In this document: positions 13,528 through 26,774 of the stretch, piece after piece
How the letters are laid out: each line of letters opens with the position of its first letter
Position numbering within the stretch: the first letter of the stretch is position 1
Assembly: GCF_009914755.1 (NCBI RefSeq)
Contig: NC_060927.1
DNA length: 64,000 nucleotides
Origin: the human T2T-CHM13v2.0 reference genome, Homo sapiens
Direction: 5' to 3' (one strand)
Program-made: the position numbers and the translations under genes
Notes under the pieces: model-generated
What the model saw: only the letters and a program-made list of their open reading frames with translations
What the model was told of the DNA's origin: nothing
Databases searched by the model: none

Positions 13528-14486
13528 TAGGCTATTACATCAAACAGAGTTTGGTTTCTTTCTTCATTCTGCCGGTGTCTCCCTGTGATCTTGCAGAAGT
13601 CGCTTCATATCTCACACTCCTCATCTGCAAGAGAGAACAATACTTGCCTCCTGCGATATTATAAGGACTAAGTAAGATCATGAGTATGTTGTGCCACCCA
13701 TGGTAAATGCCCTTCTTTTCTCAAATCACACAATGATGTATTTTTTTGGAGGCTTCCTTTTGAATTAAAATTGGTTCATGATTTCTGTCAGGAAGGGCCA
13801 GTTCATTTAATAAATTTCAAATGCCTCTGGATTTGGGGACCTCGGAGTTATGTGTGAGATGAACTGGTTGGGCCAGAGTCTTGCTCTGAATAACATAAGA
13901 GGGAGCTTCTCATTCCACTTGTATGCTTTGGCTTCTCTGGAAGGTAGAAAATTGTTTTGGATTACTCTTCGTCCTGATTTCATTATTTGCATCTTTAGAA
14001 AATGCAAATGACCCATGCACTCTAATGGATTATATTGGGATGTTCATCTTGAAATCGTTCATCTTTATTGATTCTTTTGACACAACACAATTGGGTGCAT
14101 GAAAAGCAACTTCCTTGTGGACTGCAAGCTAATTTCCTTTATGAGTCCACACAAAGATGCCAAGTTAGTTTATTTTTCCTGATGACTGATCCATGAGACA
14201 AACTGAGCCATTTGAAAAATGTCTTATTGAGTTAAAACATTTCCATGTAAATACTTCACCTTACTTTAAGCATTTAAAAGAATCTATATAGTTGTTTTAT
14301 AAATATTTGGGATCCTTTGGAGAGCTGTTGGCATATGTGTATAGCAGTTTGCAAAGTTTTAAAGCATCATTAATATAATAAACTGGTTGATCAAAGAGCT
14401 TCAACTTGTGGTGAGTTGCTTGATGCTGTGAGTAGCAAATTGTAAAGCTGTGAGCCCTGTAAGTTCTACAACACAAGTGTCAGAAG

Positions 14487-14852
14487 TGTTATGGTTTGGC
14501 TTTGTCCCCATCCAAATATCATCTTGAATTGTAATTCCCATAATCCCCATGTGTCAAGGGCAGGACCAGGTGGAGGTAATTGGATCATATGGGCAGCTTC
14601 CCCCATGCTGTTCTCATGATAGTGAATGAGATCTGATTGATGGTTTTATAAGCATCTGGTATATGCTTGCACTTCTCCTTCCTGCTGCCTTGCAAAGAAG
14701 GTAGGTACCTTGCTTCCCCTTTACCTTCCACCATGATTGTATGTTTCCTGAGGCCTCTCTAGCCTCAGGTGTAACTTACGATTAACCTCTTTTCTTTATA
14801 AATTACCCAGTCTCAGGCAGTTCTTTACAACAGTATGAAAACATACTAATAA
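14487..14852 (+). mobile_element. THE1/MST-type MaLR solo LTR
   Basis: tgttatggtttggctttgtcccca...ctttataaattacccagtctcaggcagttcttta...ctaata. Confidence 0.9.
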
Positions 14853-14859
14853 AGTTTGT

Positions 14860-15260
14860 TTCTCTCTTGTCTAAACAAAGCACTGAGATAGGCAATTCAG
14901 GCTGTAAACGTGGCCCCGTAAATCCCCAAGGACTCAGCCTTTTTTCTATCCTGCTGCTCTGGAGTTCTCAATCTCATAGTCTCAAATGGCTGCTTGAATT
15001 CCTGCCATCATGACCTCATGCCTGTCAACAGAAAAGACAGTAGAAGAAGGGTCTGTCCACCGCCTTTTAAGAAGACTTTCTGGAAGCTGCATATAACACT
15101 TCTGCTTACATGTGACTAGCCAGCACTTAAGTCATATGGCTACATCAAGCTCCCAGGGAGACTGGGTCACATCCTCTTTATCCTGAGCAGACATGTCTCT
15201 GCTAAAAGTTGGAGGTTATATTATAAGGAAGAATAAGAGAGCAGATATTGAAGTGAAGAA
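14860..15260 (-). mobile_element. Old MLT1(J/K/L)-like LTR fragment
   Basis: acacttctgcttacatgtgactagccagcacttaagtcatatggctaca, the same motif as the element at 6860-9600. Confidence 0.55.
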
Positions 15261-15349
15261 CTAGTAGTTTCTTGTCATCTTTTATCTATAATTTTTAGGG
15301 AGTTTTCTGGGCCTCATTTTATAATACTTGATTAGTTCTTGACCCCAAC

Positions 15350-15630
15350 TAAATGAGGGAGTCGTATTATCTCCATTTTTCAGATAAGAAACTGAAGGTC
15401 AAGAGCTTGCCTTTCTACTAAATCAAAGTCATAATAATAATTATCACTCTGAACATTTTATGTGCATTACCACCATTGATTTTGGTCCTGGTCCCTCCAA
15501 AACCCAGTGAGTTTGCTCTATTATACCTCAGTTTTATATCCAAGGAAATGTTGGATAACATGCCCAAGGTCACAGGCTACTAAATACAAGAATAACTAGG
15601 AAGTAGAACCCAGTAATCTGATTCTAAACT
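15350..15630 (-). mobile_element. MIR fragments
   Basis: ctccatttttcagataagaaactgaagg; catgcccaaggtcacag. Confidence 0.65.
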
Positions 15631-15664
15631 CCTGCATCAGAAACTGTCAAACTTTTTTCAAGCC

Positions 15665-15985
15665 ATTTTTAGTTTTCTGCTGCTGCAACAACAAATTGCC
15701 ACATGTTTGGAGGATTGAAACTATACCTATGTATTATCTAAAAATTCTGTAGGCCAAAAGTCCTGTGGGCCAGGCTGTTTTCTTGGTTTGAGGTCCCACC
15801 AGTCTGAAATCACTGGGTCCACAATCCAGGAAAATTTCCATATTTCTAGATTAGCTAATTAGTAACCTTAATTCTATCTGCAAAGTCCTTTTTGCCATGT
15901 AATGTAACATATTCACAGGTTCAGGGGATTACGGTATGGAGGTCTTTAGTAAGGGGCCTGGGGACTGTTATTTAACCTATCATAG
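15665..15985 (-). mobile_element. MLT1-like LTR, inside a hAT-like fossil spanning ~15638-16165
   Basis: gctgctgcaacaacaaattgccaca...gcaaagtcctttttgccatgtaatgtaacatattcacaggtt. Confidence 0.7.
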
Positions 15986-16600
15986 ACTGCAACCCATAGT
16001 AAGACATATCTTTTACGTTGAAACCTGATACACACATGTAATATAAGGGCTGAAATGAGCTTCACCAAACAATACCTATTCTATTTTATTACTTCATTTT
16101 TAAGAAGTGGTGGTCATGACCCAGCAAATTGATTTCATGACCTACAGCTTGAAAAAACTCTGCAAAACCTTCTCCCATTTCCGCTGCTGTTACCTCAATT
16201 TGGCCATCTTCCTCTCTTGTCTGGATTATTACGAGATGGTAGCCTCCCAAGTGCTATTCATGCATCGCGGCTCTCCCCTTTCCAGGCCCCCTTTAATACA
16301 ACCCACCAGCCATCCTTACTATGCGTATGCTGCCTCTTACCAGGTATCTGCGTTCACCATGGCTTCTGAGCTAAGAAACCTGATGGGTATTTCAAAGAGT
16401 ATCCCTGAGTGAGATGATCCCCGTTTTCATAACCAAGGCCTTGAGAAAGACTATAACTTCAAAGATGGCACATGGGTTTAACGTTGATCTATTGGTAGCA
16501 TCTAATGCTCTGGAGTGCTGTGAAAGCACTGTGAAATCTCAGAAAGGACAGGCGGAGGACACCAGTATCAATTAGAGATGTCTGCTGTGGACACAAGAGG

Positions 16601-16620
16601 AGAGAGAGAGAGAGAGAGAG
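16601..16620 (+). repeat. (AG)n microsatellite
   Basis: Perfect run of 10 units. Confidence 0.95.
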
Positions 16621-17074
16621 ATGGCACAATGGCCAGACATTTGCCATCTTGGGGTTAGTGGATGTCCATCACAACTGCCCTTACAATTAGCAGGGGGACT
16701 TCCCTGAAAGGACAAAACCAAAATAAAAGGAGAGGAAAATTAAGCAGGAATGGATTTGAATTTTAAGAAGAAAAGAGTTTTCTCCATTTGTGTGGAGAAC
16801 AACATAAATAAGATAGAGCAACTTGTAGGAGGCTGGGAAAAAATGATGTTTTTTGTCATTTGGGAGTATAGCACTGGGAAAGATATAAATCACTTTTCTG
16901 GGCTAAAAGAATTCTTAGCTCATTAAAACCTATTGCTGCTTTTACAACCATCCTCAGCATCATGAAACTCTGCTTTATCATTTCGAGAGCTCTTTGTATT
17001 TTCATTGCTCATTTTTCTGTTTCCCCAAACCAGAGGCCAGAAGCCCAAATACCTACAGGGAAGACATTTGGTGG

Positions 17075-17230
17075 CAATGTAGTGGCCTGGTTCAGAGCTG
17101 TGCTTTGGAGTCAGGCTGCCTGGGCTTAAATTCCAGCTCTGCCATTTACAATGAGCTTGATTTCTGAGCAAGTTGCTTAAAAATGGAAGGACAAAAATGG
17201 ACCTCTTGGGGCCTCCATTTGTCATTGTAT
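17075..17230 (+). mobile_element. MIR
   Basis: ctttggagtcaggctgcctgggcttaaattccagctctgccattta. Confidence 0.75.
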
Positions 17231-17589
17231 GCTGTTGACAACGTCGGTGCTGAGAAACGGGGGCATTTGCCATTTGATGGCCTGTGGCTAATGCTTCCTC
17301 CCTGTGGAGTGTTTTGGAGGAATGAGCCAGATAAACGGTGAGGAACATGAGGCATGTTGTCAGTGAGTAAGAAGTGGCAGTCATTATCGCTGAGTCAGAA
17401 TTGATGGCTCTTGTTCGTACCATGGCTTAGCCATGTTTGAATTATTTGTTTACTTGTTTCTTTCCTCCATCAAAGAAGACCAAATGCTGTCTTCATCTTC
17501 TATCCCTCTCAGTATCCAATAGAGTGGGCTGAATTTCATCACATTCTATATGTCCAGCCTTGCTTCCATAGTCCCCTCCACCGAAACGG

Positions 17590-18375
17590 CCAGATGGGTC
17601 TTTATAACACCTTTCACATCAGATCATATTGTCCCCTGGTCAAGCCTCCCATAGAATGGCCTTCAGTGCCCTATGTGATTTGCTGTCCCCACATGTACCC
17701 CTCCAACCTTGCCACCTACCATGTCCTATTCTACTCTAGCATATCGGCCTCTTTGCAGGTCCTTGGATATGACAAATATTCTCCCCCCTTAGTCTTTGCA
17801 CTAGCTGTTCCCTCCTTCTAGAATACTCTCCCTGTGGCTATTTTCATGGCTTGTGTTTTCACTTTATTCAGGGCTTTGTTCAAATACCACTGTCTTGGGG
17901 AGGCCTCTCCTAACCACCTTTTCTAAATTAGAACCACTCCATCACTGTCTTCTTGCTCTTTGCTATTCTTTGAATAATTTTTTTGTATCCTGATGTGTTG
18001 AATTTTTGTTTGGTTATTAGTTTTTTTTAAATTTCCAACTTTTATTTTCATTTCTGGGGTACGTGTGCAGGATACGCAGGTTTGTTACATAGGTAAATGT
18101 GTACCATGGTAGTTTGCTGCACAGATCATCCATCGCCCAGGTATTGAGCCCAGTGCCCATTAGCTATTTTTCCTGATGCTCTCCCTCCTCCGGCCCTTGA
18201 CCCTGTGACAGGCCCCAGTATGTGTTGTTCCCCTCTTTATTTATTTATTTATTTTTTAATCTGCCTTCACCCATCTAGGACTTGTTTGATTTTGTTCACA
18301 GCTATATCTGCGGTGCATGGAATTCTGCCCAGCACACAGTAGGCCCTCAATAATATTTATTGAATAAATGGATAA
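17590..18375 (+). mobile_element. L2 3' region interrupted by an L1 fragment
   Basis: ctttgcactagctgttccctccttctagaatactctcc...cacagtaggccctcaataatatttattgaataaatgg. Confidence 0.75.
18021..18240 (-). mobile_element. L1PA (older) 3' end fragment
   Basis: ggggtacgtgtgcaggatacgcaggtttgttacataggtaaat. Confidence 0.9.
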
Positions 18376-18969
18376 ACAAAAATTTATGCAACAGATTTTG
18401 TGAACCTACTCTGTGCCAGCCCTGTATCAGGTTCCAGTATATACAAATTGAACAAGACTGGACATGGTCCCTGCCATCTTGAATTTTGTGATTGATTAAA
18501 AGATCAATCACAAAAGCTTGTACTGATACAAACACATAAATTCCCGAATATGTGAAGAGTATTATGTTAAAGGAATTTGAGAGGGTTCTGGGAGATACTG
18601 CAACAGTCCTATCTAACCTAGGGCCTCCTAGGGAAAGGGTTATTTAACCTATAACTAGAAGGATTGCAGGACTTGAGCTGGATAAAAAGGTGTATTGGGA
18701 GTGGGGAAGTGTTTCAGACTGAACTGAAAATGTAATCACTGAAAACTTTTATGACTATCTGGATTTATGACACTTTAGAAGCTATTTTACAAGTTGTAGT
18801 AGAGATACATTGGGGACTCCAGCATTTCTATATAGTAGAGATTTGGGGGCAACAATTTGGTTGAAAGAGAGAATTGCTTTGAAGTAGTATTTGCATAAGA
18901 AGAACAATTTGTACATGGATCTAATTTTTGTTTTTAGCAGGGGTTTAAGGTCTGAAGAGATTAAGGACC

Positions 18970-19390
18970 AAAGCTTACCTCTGGCCACCTATTAGTGCCA
19001 CAACCATGGATGCTTCTCAGATAGGGTGTCTGGTGCATGATTTCTGAGGCCAGGCCATATAAGGCACCACGACTTCCTCCATGTCCTCTCTGTCAGCCAG
19101 GCATGATACCATGAAGATACTCAGCCCATGGAGAGTCCACAGGGGAAGGACTTGAGACCTCCTGCTAACATTCTGCACTATGTGAATTAACTCTCTTGGA
19201 AAAGATTCTCCTGCCCCAGTTGAGCCTTCAGATGACTGTAGCCCCAGCCAACTTCTTGATTTAACCTTCATGAGAAAACCTGAGATAGAACCTACCTATC
19301 TGAGATGGTCTTGAATTCCTGACCCACAGACATGACAAGATAATAAATGTTTGTTTTAAGCCACTAAGTTTTAGGGTAATTGACACACAG
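18970..19390 (+). mobile_element. MLT1-like LTR
   Basis: ccccagttgagccttcagatgactgtagccccagcc...aataaatgtttgttttaagccactaagttttaggg. Confidence 0.8.
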
Positions 19391-19604
19391 GACAAGATAA
19401 CTAATCCACAGTCACACTCTTATTGCTGTTATTTCTCTTCCTTAGTAACTGACACTTTTCTCTGCTCTTATCCCAACTTCCAAACATCTTTGTTTTATGG
19501 ATCCCATCGAATAGATAAAGAAATTGATAAGGGAGTTCTTAACGGTTTTGTGAAAACTGAAATTTGTCCTGTCTGTGTCTTTTTATCACCCTCAATTTCA
19601 ACCA

Positions 19605-19800
19605 TTGATTGGGCATTTGCTATATACCAGACATCTCACTGTGAGCTTTTGAATACATAATTTCACTTAGTCTTTTCACCATCCCCGTGAAATTGTTATC
19701 GTTATTTCCTTTTATTTTTAAATGAGAAAATGGAGGCTCAGAGAGGCAAAGTAAGATTACAAAAATCCACGTCCTGTCAGTGACAAAGCTCCATCTCATT
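19605..19800 (-). mobile_element. MIR
   Basis: attttaaatgagaaaatggaggctcagagaggcaaagta. Confidence 0.75.
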
Positions 19801-19877
19801 AGCTACACTCTGGGAGCCATCTGGTGCTTGGGGATAAAGGCAGGAATGGGAGATGTGAGAGAGCTGAAGGTGTAACC

Positions 19878-20042
19878 CAGGGTTTCCCAAACTTTAGCAT
19901 GCATGCAAACCACCTGGGGATGTTGGTACACTGTAGCCTCTGATTCAGCAGGTCTGGGCTGGGGCCTGGGATTCTGCATTTCTAACCAGCATCCAGGCCA
20001 TACCATTGCAGCTGACCCAAGATAACACTTTGGTTAGCACAG
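19878..20042. mobile_element. MER5A
   Basis: cagggtttcccaaactt...tctgattcagcaggtctgggctggggcctgggattctgcatttctaac. Confidence 0.85.
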
Positions 20043-23000
20043 ATGTAAGAGACCTGAAATGTGAGATAAAACTACCAGGGAGAGGCTCTGGCCCCAACCT
20101 TACTCCTTGTCGCAAAGCTTTGGAGATCAGATTTCTCTGAGCAGTAAGTGCTGACAAAGCTGTAAAAGGATTGGCACTTGGGAGTTTTGCCTCATTTTGG
20201 AAGCAGTTAGCCAACTAATTTGGTTTAATCATCACAGGAAAATGCAAACAGAGAGAAGACACACAGCCCTCATCCACCGCATTGTATTTCAGGCTGCCAG
20301 ACCTCTGGACTCTTAGCTTTCACTGATATTACACAATGGATTTATATGTGGAATAAATATTCTTAAATCTTTATAAGATGCCTAAAATATTTATGGCTGT
20401 TTTAGTTTGGTTTGCATGCCATATTGCACTCTTACATTAAGCAGTTTTTACACCATCAAGCTTTCCTATTAATCATTTCGGCCTGTTCCCAGCTATCTAA
20501 CTGAGGGGAGATCTATTACATTCAGCAACCAGGGCCAAAGGATCTAATTTCTTCTTTGGCTGTTTCATCGAATGGTTCATAAAACCATGGCTATTATTGT
20601 ATTAGGAAGACACATTGTGGTTCTCTAGTGTCATGTTGACATGTTTATGTTTCTTTTTCTTAAGAGAAATCATGATTAAAATGGAATATTCTTTCACAGA
20701 GGACATTTTATAACAATTTTGGCTTGATGAAATTAAAAAAAGGAACAGCCAGTCTCCAGCAAATGCTGAAGTGGTTGAATCACTGTCATTAAAAGATCAA
20801 AACCATCTTGCTCCTCTCTTCTTTGGCCACGAAATGATTTTAAGGAGCTTAAAAAGAAGATAGTTGCTTTAGTGAGAATAATTATCAGGGGAAGACACCA
20901 AGTTATGGTTTTATTTTAGGAGGGGATTTGAGGGCTCAGCATGGGAGCATTTGATGGCATTACTTCCCTGCCCAATGAGTGTACATGTTTTTGAAAAATA
21001 ATTTTCTTGGTGTTTCAGAGTCCAATTTGAATCTTGTAACTTTGAAACCATTCTGAATTAATGTTAAAGAATTGAAAAGAGGAAAATTGCCTCAAATAAA
21101 TGTTGGTTTTGATTGATTTCTTCGGGTTTTTTTGTGTGGTTCCTTTATGGCAGGAGGAGAAATGGACATAATCACCTTTGCACCTGAGCCATATCTAGAC
21201 TTCCTTATAAAACAGACTGACATTAAACAACCATCACCATAAAACAAACCATTAGCTTAACCCCTTTAAATAGTTTAGCTGTTATAAGAAAGCAAACTCT
21301 TTGTCTATTTAGGCTATAAAATTACCTTAACTTTAAAAACTTACCTTTGATTCTATACATGTTCAAATTTATAATGCATCTGGAAGGAAATATGGCATTC
21401 TCGGCCTCACAGAATGTGTGGAGAAAATCTAAGTGAGCTCAGAAGTCATTTTTGGTAAACAATTGCTTTCATTCACTAAGTCATTATTACTAGCAGAATA
21501 TATATTATATACACATGCCATATTCCTTAAAACCACACATCTCAACAGCAGTTTTCATACGCCTCTGTCTTTGCTTTTGGCTGTCATTTTGCATTATTAT
21601 GGACAGGTATGAACCACCCGAGTAGCTGTCTACCATGTAAACCTGATTGATTTGCCACAGTATCCAAAAATTCACATTGGCAATCAGGGAAGGAAATTCC
21701 CGTGTAATCAAAATGAGCCCAAATCAAGTCAAATGGGCTGAGTCACCAACCCTGGAGACCTCTCACATCCATCCATTGTCAGGACCCCTTTTGTGAATGT
21801 GAGATGCAAGATTCTGCATTTTCTTCTTGTTTTTCTTACAACTTCAATTTTGTTAATAATTCTTGCAGAAGAAGTAAGTTGGTAAGGAGGAATAACCAAG
21901 AGCCAGAATTCAATATTGTTGACCAGGATTCAAAACCTAACCTAAGTTTTGTTTGCAGGTTGACAGCCCCAAAGTGGCCCATTAAAAATACATGAATGCA
22001 GATGGCTGTATGCACAAAAGTCACAGCTGTTCAACCCGGTACGATTCACAGGCACATGTTCTCAGCTGAGGTATCTGAAGCTTTAAGCAAAAGGGCACAA
22101 TAGGGGGTGCCATTATTTTGATATAATCACCCCTTATCTCGCCCTCCTTTCTCCCCTCTGCCATCCCCCTCCCCAGCATTATGAGGCATGAAAGACAGCC
22201 AGGCTGAGTCCCACAGGGCCATGATTATTTCATGATAACAACACTCCCTGGTGTGGTCTTATTGGTATTATAAAAAGTGTTTATTGTGGAGAGAGCCTAT
22301 ATTTTTGGTGATGGCAGTGAAGGCTATTGCAGGGTAAGCACAGCTGAGGTTATGATTCGCATTGATTAATCTCATGCTTTTGACATCTCATTAGCCAATC
22401 AGAGTAATCCCAAAATAAGAAGGAAATTTGTAGAAAGAAGCGGAGCACATTCACAGTGAGGCCATGCCTTGCTGCCTGCTGCACACCACAGCGAAGTTTC
22501 TCCCGAGTCCCGCTTGCTCCTGTTGCAGGAGAAATGGGTTTGTTACAAACCTTCCCCTGGCACAATCAGTTTCAGGTATCTGGTTGGCCCTTGCCATGTT
22601 TTCTGAGCCATGACATTAACTATTGGTTGTTCTTGTCCTCTGAGAGGAGACTTAGAGTTAAATAATGAAAGCAGCCAAAAATCAAGGAGAGACTACCAAG
22701 AGTATGGAGAAATTTGCAACCTGACAGCTATGGGGCAGCAGTGATTCACATGCCTTCTGGAGGGCACTGAACATACCCACTTGGCTCGTCAGCACCCTCG
22801 GATTCTCACTTCAGCTCCTGAGTGGAGTCCTCATGTAGGTTGTGGAAAGAGGTCCAACTGTCCATCTCTAACACAGACATCAAACATCAAATTGGGCCTT
22901 GTTGTTAGCGGGAGAGCAGACACTTCCACACCAAAATGGGTACATGTGGGCACAGATGAGTAAGGGTGAGAGGCAGTAGAAATGGTCAGTTCTCTCCAGG

Positions 23001-23309
23001 ACTGAACTGGCTAAGAAAACCCAGCCTGTCTCTAAAATGCAGCTTTTTATGCTTACCTCAATGCGATAAGCAGCCTATCAGGGACTGCTTATTGAGCATC
23101 TCTTATGTGCCAGGCACTGTGCTTGGTGCCAGCAGTTCAAAGCTGAGTGAGGCCTGGACTATGTCCTCAAGTCAGAGAGCTCACCCTCTGGGCTACTAGG
23201 GGAGGAGAGAGGTGGTTTTTAACCTATTGTATGCCATGGATCCCTTCAGCTATCTGATGAAGACTTGGGCTCCCTTCTCAGAACACTGTTTTAAAAATTA
23301 AGTAATGAT

Positions 23310-24103
23310 AGGCACCCTGCTGTTCATTAGGTCTCCAGAGCTTATTTGTCTTATAATTGAAAGTTTGTACCCTTTGACCAACATCATCTCATTTCCCCAA
23401 CCCCCAATTGCTGGCAACTGCCCTCCTCCTCTCTATTTCTTCAAGTTTGACTTTTTTAGATTCCACACATAAGTGAGATCTGTAGTTAACAATAATGTGT
23501 GCTTGAAATTTGCAAAGAGTAGATCTTACCACAAAGAGGTAACCACATGAGGTGATGGATGCATTAATTAGTTTGATTGTGGTAATCATTGCACAATGTA
23601 TATGTATATCAAAACATCACGTTTTACACCCTAAATATATAAAATTTTTGTCTATTAGTCCATTCTTGCATAGCTATAAAGAAATCCCTGAGACTAGGTA
23701 ATTTATTTGAAAAAAAAAGAAAGGCTTATTTGGCTCATAGTTCTACAGGCTGTTTACGAAGCATGGCAGCATCTGCTTTTGGGGAGGCCTCAGGAAGCTT
23801 ACAATCACGATGGAAGGCAAAGAGAGAGTGAGGCATCTTACATGGCAGGAGCAGGAGCAGGAACAAAAGAGTCAGGGAGGTGCTACACACGTTTAAACAA
23901 CCAGATCTCATGAGAGCTTACTATCACCATGATAGTACCAACAGGGATGGTATTAAACCATTCATGAGAAACTGCCCCAATGATCCAATCACCTCGCACT
24001 AGGCCCCACCTCCAACATTGGGAATGACAAATGAACATGAGATTTGGGTGGGGATGCAGATTCAAACCATCCCATCTATTATGCCTCAATAAAGCTGAGA
24101 AAA
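23310..24103 (+). mobile_element. L1MA/MB 3' fragment with inverted 5' piece (23310-23480 on -), split by MST
   Basis: Antisense ttagattccacacataagtgagatc joined to sense atgaggtgatggatgcattaattagtttgattgtggtaatc; ends ctcaataaagctgagaaaa. Confidence 0.75.
23652..24073 (-). mobile_element. MSTA/B MaLR solo LTR
   Basis: tattagtccattcttgcatagctataaagaaat...gagatttgggtggggatgcagattcaaaccat. Confidence 0.92.
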
Positions 24104-25699
24104 TGCATTAAATGGCAGAGTCACAAAGGAAACCAATTATACTGGCAATTATCAATAGATTTAAAATATTTTGATATATTAGTGAATATGGTTCTTAATG
24201 CCTTCAATAACTCAGCTAATGATAGAGCTAATAGCTAATTTCAGATTAAAAATTTGTATAAATAATATTTTTATATATCTATAATAACTACGATGTATAA
24301 AATATACAATTTCTATTAATGGGGAAGTCACAGATACTTGTTGCCTTTATTTGTAACTGAAGGATATGCTCAACTTCTGTTAGATGTCAGTGAAAGTGGA
24401 GGTGTAGGTTTATTTTGCATCTAAGTTCAGGGACCCTTGAATTCTGTTCCTAAAACCCAGGTTAAAGCTGAGATCAAGGTGGATAGACAGAACTTCGTCT
24501 ACCACATCTCAAGTGATTGTGATATGGATGATAGGAGTAAGAATGAGAGGAGATTGCCCATTTGAGAGGGTCAGGAAACTCTTTGTGGAGGAGATGGTGT
24601 TTGGGCCAAAAGATGAGATAGAACTCCTCAGAAATGGAAGTGTGGGGACCAGAGGTATGTCAGGAAGAGGCATGGTAGGTCTGGAATCCTTTTCCAACAA
24701 ATCCCTTTTTCTCTTAGTCTTACAGCTTCCTGTTACTGTGCTGAGCAGGCAGTGACGCTCCTATGCAGGACCCTACAGGTACATGGCCCAGGTACTGCCC
24801 CTTCCTAATCCCATGCTTAGAGCAGACCTAACTAATCAATCAGAATTGTAAACGTAGATGTGTTCCCACAGACCTTATTAAAAAGAGTTTCAAGTAGCCA
24901 TGGCCAATTTATGAGTATGCTGATTAAACATGTTTCCCATTTCAGCCCCAGATGCAAAAGTGCCCCGCACAATGTTTAGAAGGATGACATTTACAAGGTT
25001 ATAGACTGAATACTCAACTCCAGCTATGCTGAGCTCATGAGCAATCAAGTTTGCTTAGTCTTATTTTGTTTCCTCTATTTGTGATCTTTTTGTACAGTCA
25101 AAAGCTGATTGTTTTTGACAGGGCTCCTTGTATGATTGTTCAGGTTGTGCACTGACCAAGTGTGCTAGGTTTGAGGGCAAGTGGTGCCTAAGTCCAGCTT
25201 ACATTTCTGGTTCAGAGCTGAGTTTATCTGCAAGAGCCTTTTTATTCCTTTAAGTTGGCCCCCAACACCTCGTGTGAAGAAAGAACCCTAGGTCTTGGCT
25301 CAGGTTCTTCTTTAATTCCCTAAAAAGTATGTAGTCTTTTTCTAGCTCCATCTTCCTGCTATGGCTGGCTCAAGTAAAAACCCCCTGCTTGGTGACTAGA
25401 GAACTCAGAAGCTCCCAGGCTGTAGGGGGAGGCCATTTAAGACTTCCTTGTAATGCTTTGCTTTCATTCTATTGGCAGAAGATCCCACATCCCATAATTA
25501 TGTTCCTCCAAACTTGAGTCATTTCTATTCCATGTCATGTTTTTACATATCCACTTGCTGCCTTTGCCATTAATTACTTAATATTTTAAAAATAAATTTA
25601 TTCTTAAATTGGCATGCACAAGAAAAAAAGTAAGTTGCAACTGTCAGTGGAAAATAGATGTTGACATTTATTTTGGAGGTAACTGTGAAAGTAAATATT

Positions 25700-26765
25700 A
25701 TGCTATGAAATGCAAAACTATAAAACTCCTGGACAAGAACAGGAGAAAATCTAGAGGACAATGGACATGGCAATGGCTTTTTAGATACAACACTAAAGGC
25801 ACAGTCCATGAAAGAAATAGTTAGCTGAACGGCATTAAAGATAAAGACTTCTATTCTGCAAAAGACAATGTCAAAAGAATGAGAAGATAAGCTGCAGACT
25901 GGGAGATAGTATTTGCAAAAGACATTTTATAAAAGACTGTTTTCTGAATATATGAAGAACTCTTAAAGTGCAACAATAAGAAAATAAGTAAAAAGTGAAG
26001 ATGTGTTTTGGAAATATTTGGAACATTGACAACACCAAATGCTGGCAAGAATGTGGAGCAAGAGGAACTCTCATTCATTGCTAGTGGGAATGCAAAATGG
26101 TACAGCCAGTTTGGGACAGTTTGGCAGTTTCTTACAAGAGTAAACATACTCTTACCATGTGATCCAGCCGTTGTACTCTGGTATTTGCCAAAACTTTGAA
26201 GCAACCAAGGCGGCCTTTAGTAAGTGAATGGATAAACTGTGGTACATTCAAACAATGGAATACTATTCAGCACTAAAAAAAGAGCTGTCAGGCCATGAAA
26301 AGATGTGGAAGAATTTTAAATGCATATTACTAAGTGAAAGAAGCCAATCTGAAATGGCTACATACCATATGATTCCAGCTACATGATGTTCTGGAAAAGG
26401 CAAAACTATGAAGATAGTAAAAACATCCGTGGTTGCCAGGGGTTAGAGGGAGGGCAGAGGTGGAGCACAGAGGATTTTTTGGGCAATGAAACTACTCTGT
26501 ATGATACTATAGTGATAAATACATGTCATTATATATTTGTCCAAACCCATGAAATGTACAACACCAAGAGTGAATCCTCATGTTAACTATGGACTTTGGG
26601 TGCTACTGATGTACATATTGATGTAGGCTCATCCACTGAAACAAATTGACCACTCTGGTGGGGGCTGTTGATAACAGAGAACACTATGCCTGGGGAGGGG
26701 CAGGGAATATATGAGAATTCTCTGATCAGTTTTGCTATGATCCTAAAACTACTCTCAAAAAAGTA
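25700..26765 (+). mobile_element. L1MB/MC-type 3' fragment
   Basis: ORF2-end and 3'UTR homology (ggaactctcattcattgctagtgggaatgcaaaatgg; gcatattactaagtgaaagaagccaatctg). Confidence 0.85.
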
Positions 26766-26774
26766 TGTTTAATT

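Larger units (their letters stand above)
23208..24468. mobile_element. Charlie4-like hAT fossil (23208-23300 and 24104-24468) split by nested L1M and MST
   Basis: ggtttttaacct...gccatggatccc at the left end; acaaaggaaaccaattat resumes at ~24123; right end cccaggttaaag. Confidence 0.7.

Noticed and set aside
16923-17423. 166-aa minus-strand ORF
   Set aside because: Overlaps a MIR, has no recognisable domain, and its length is within chance expectation
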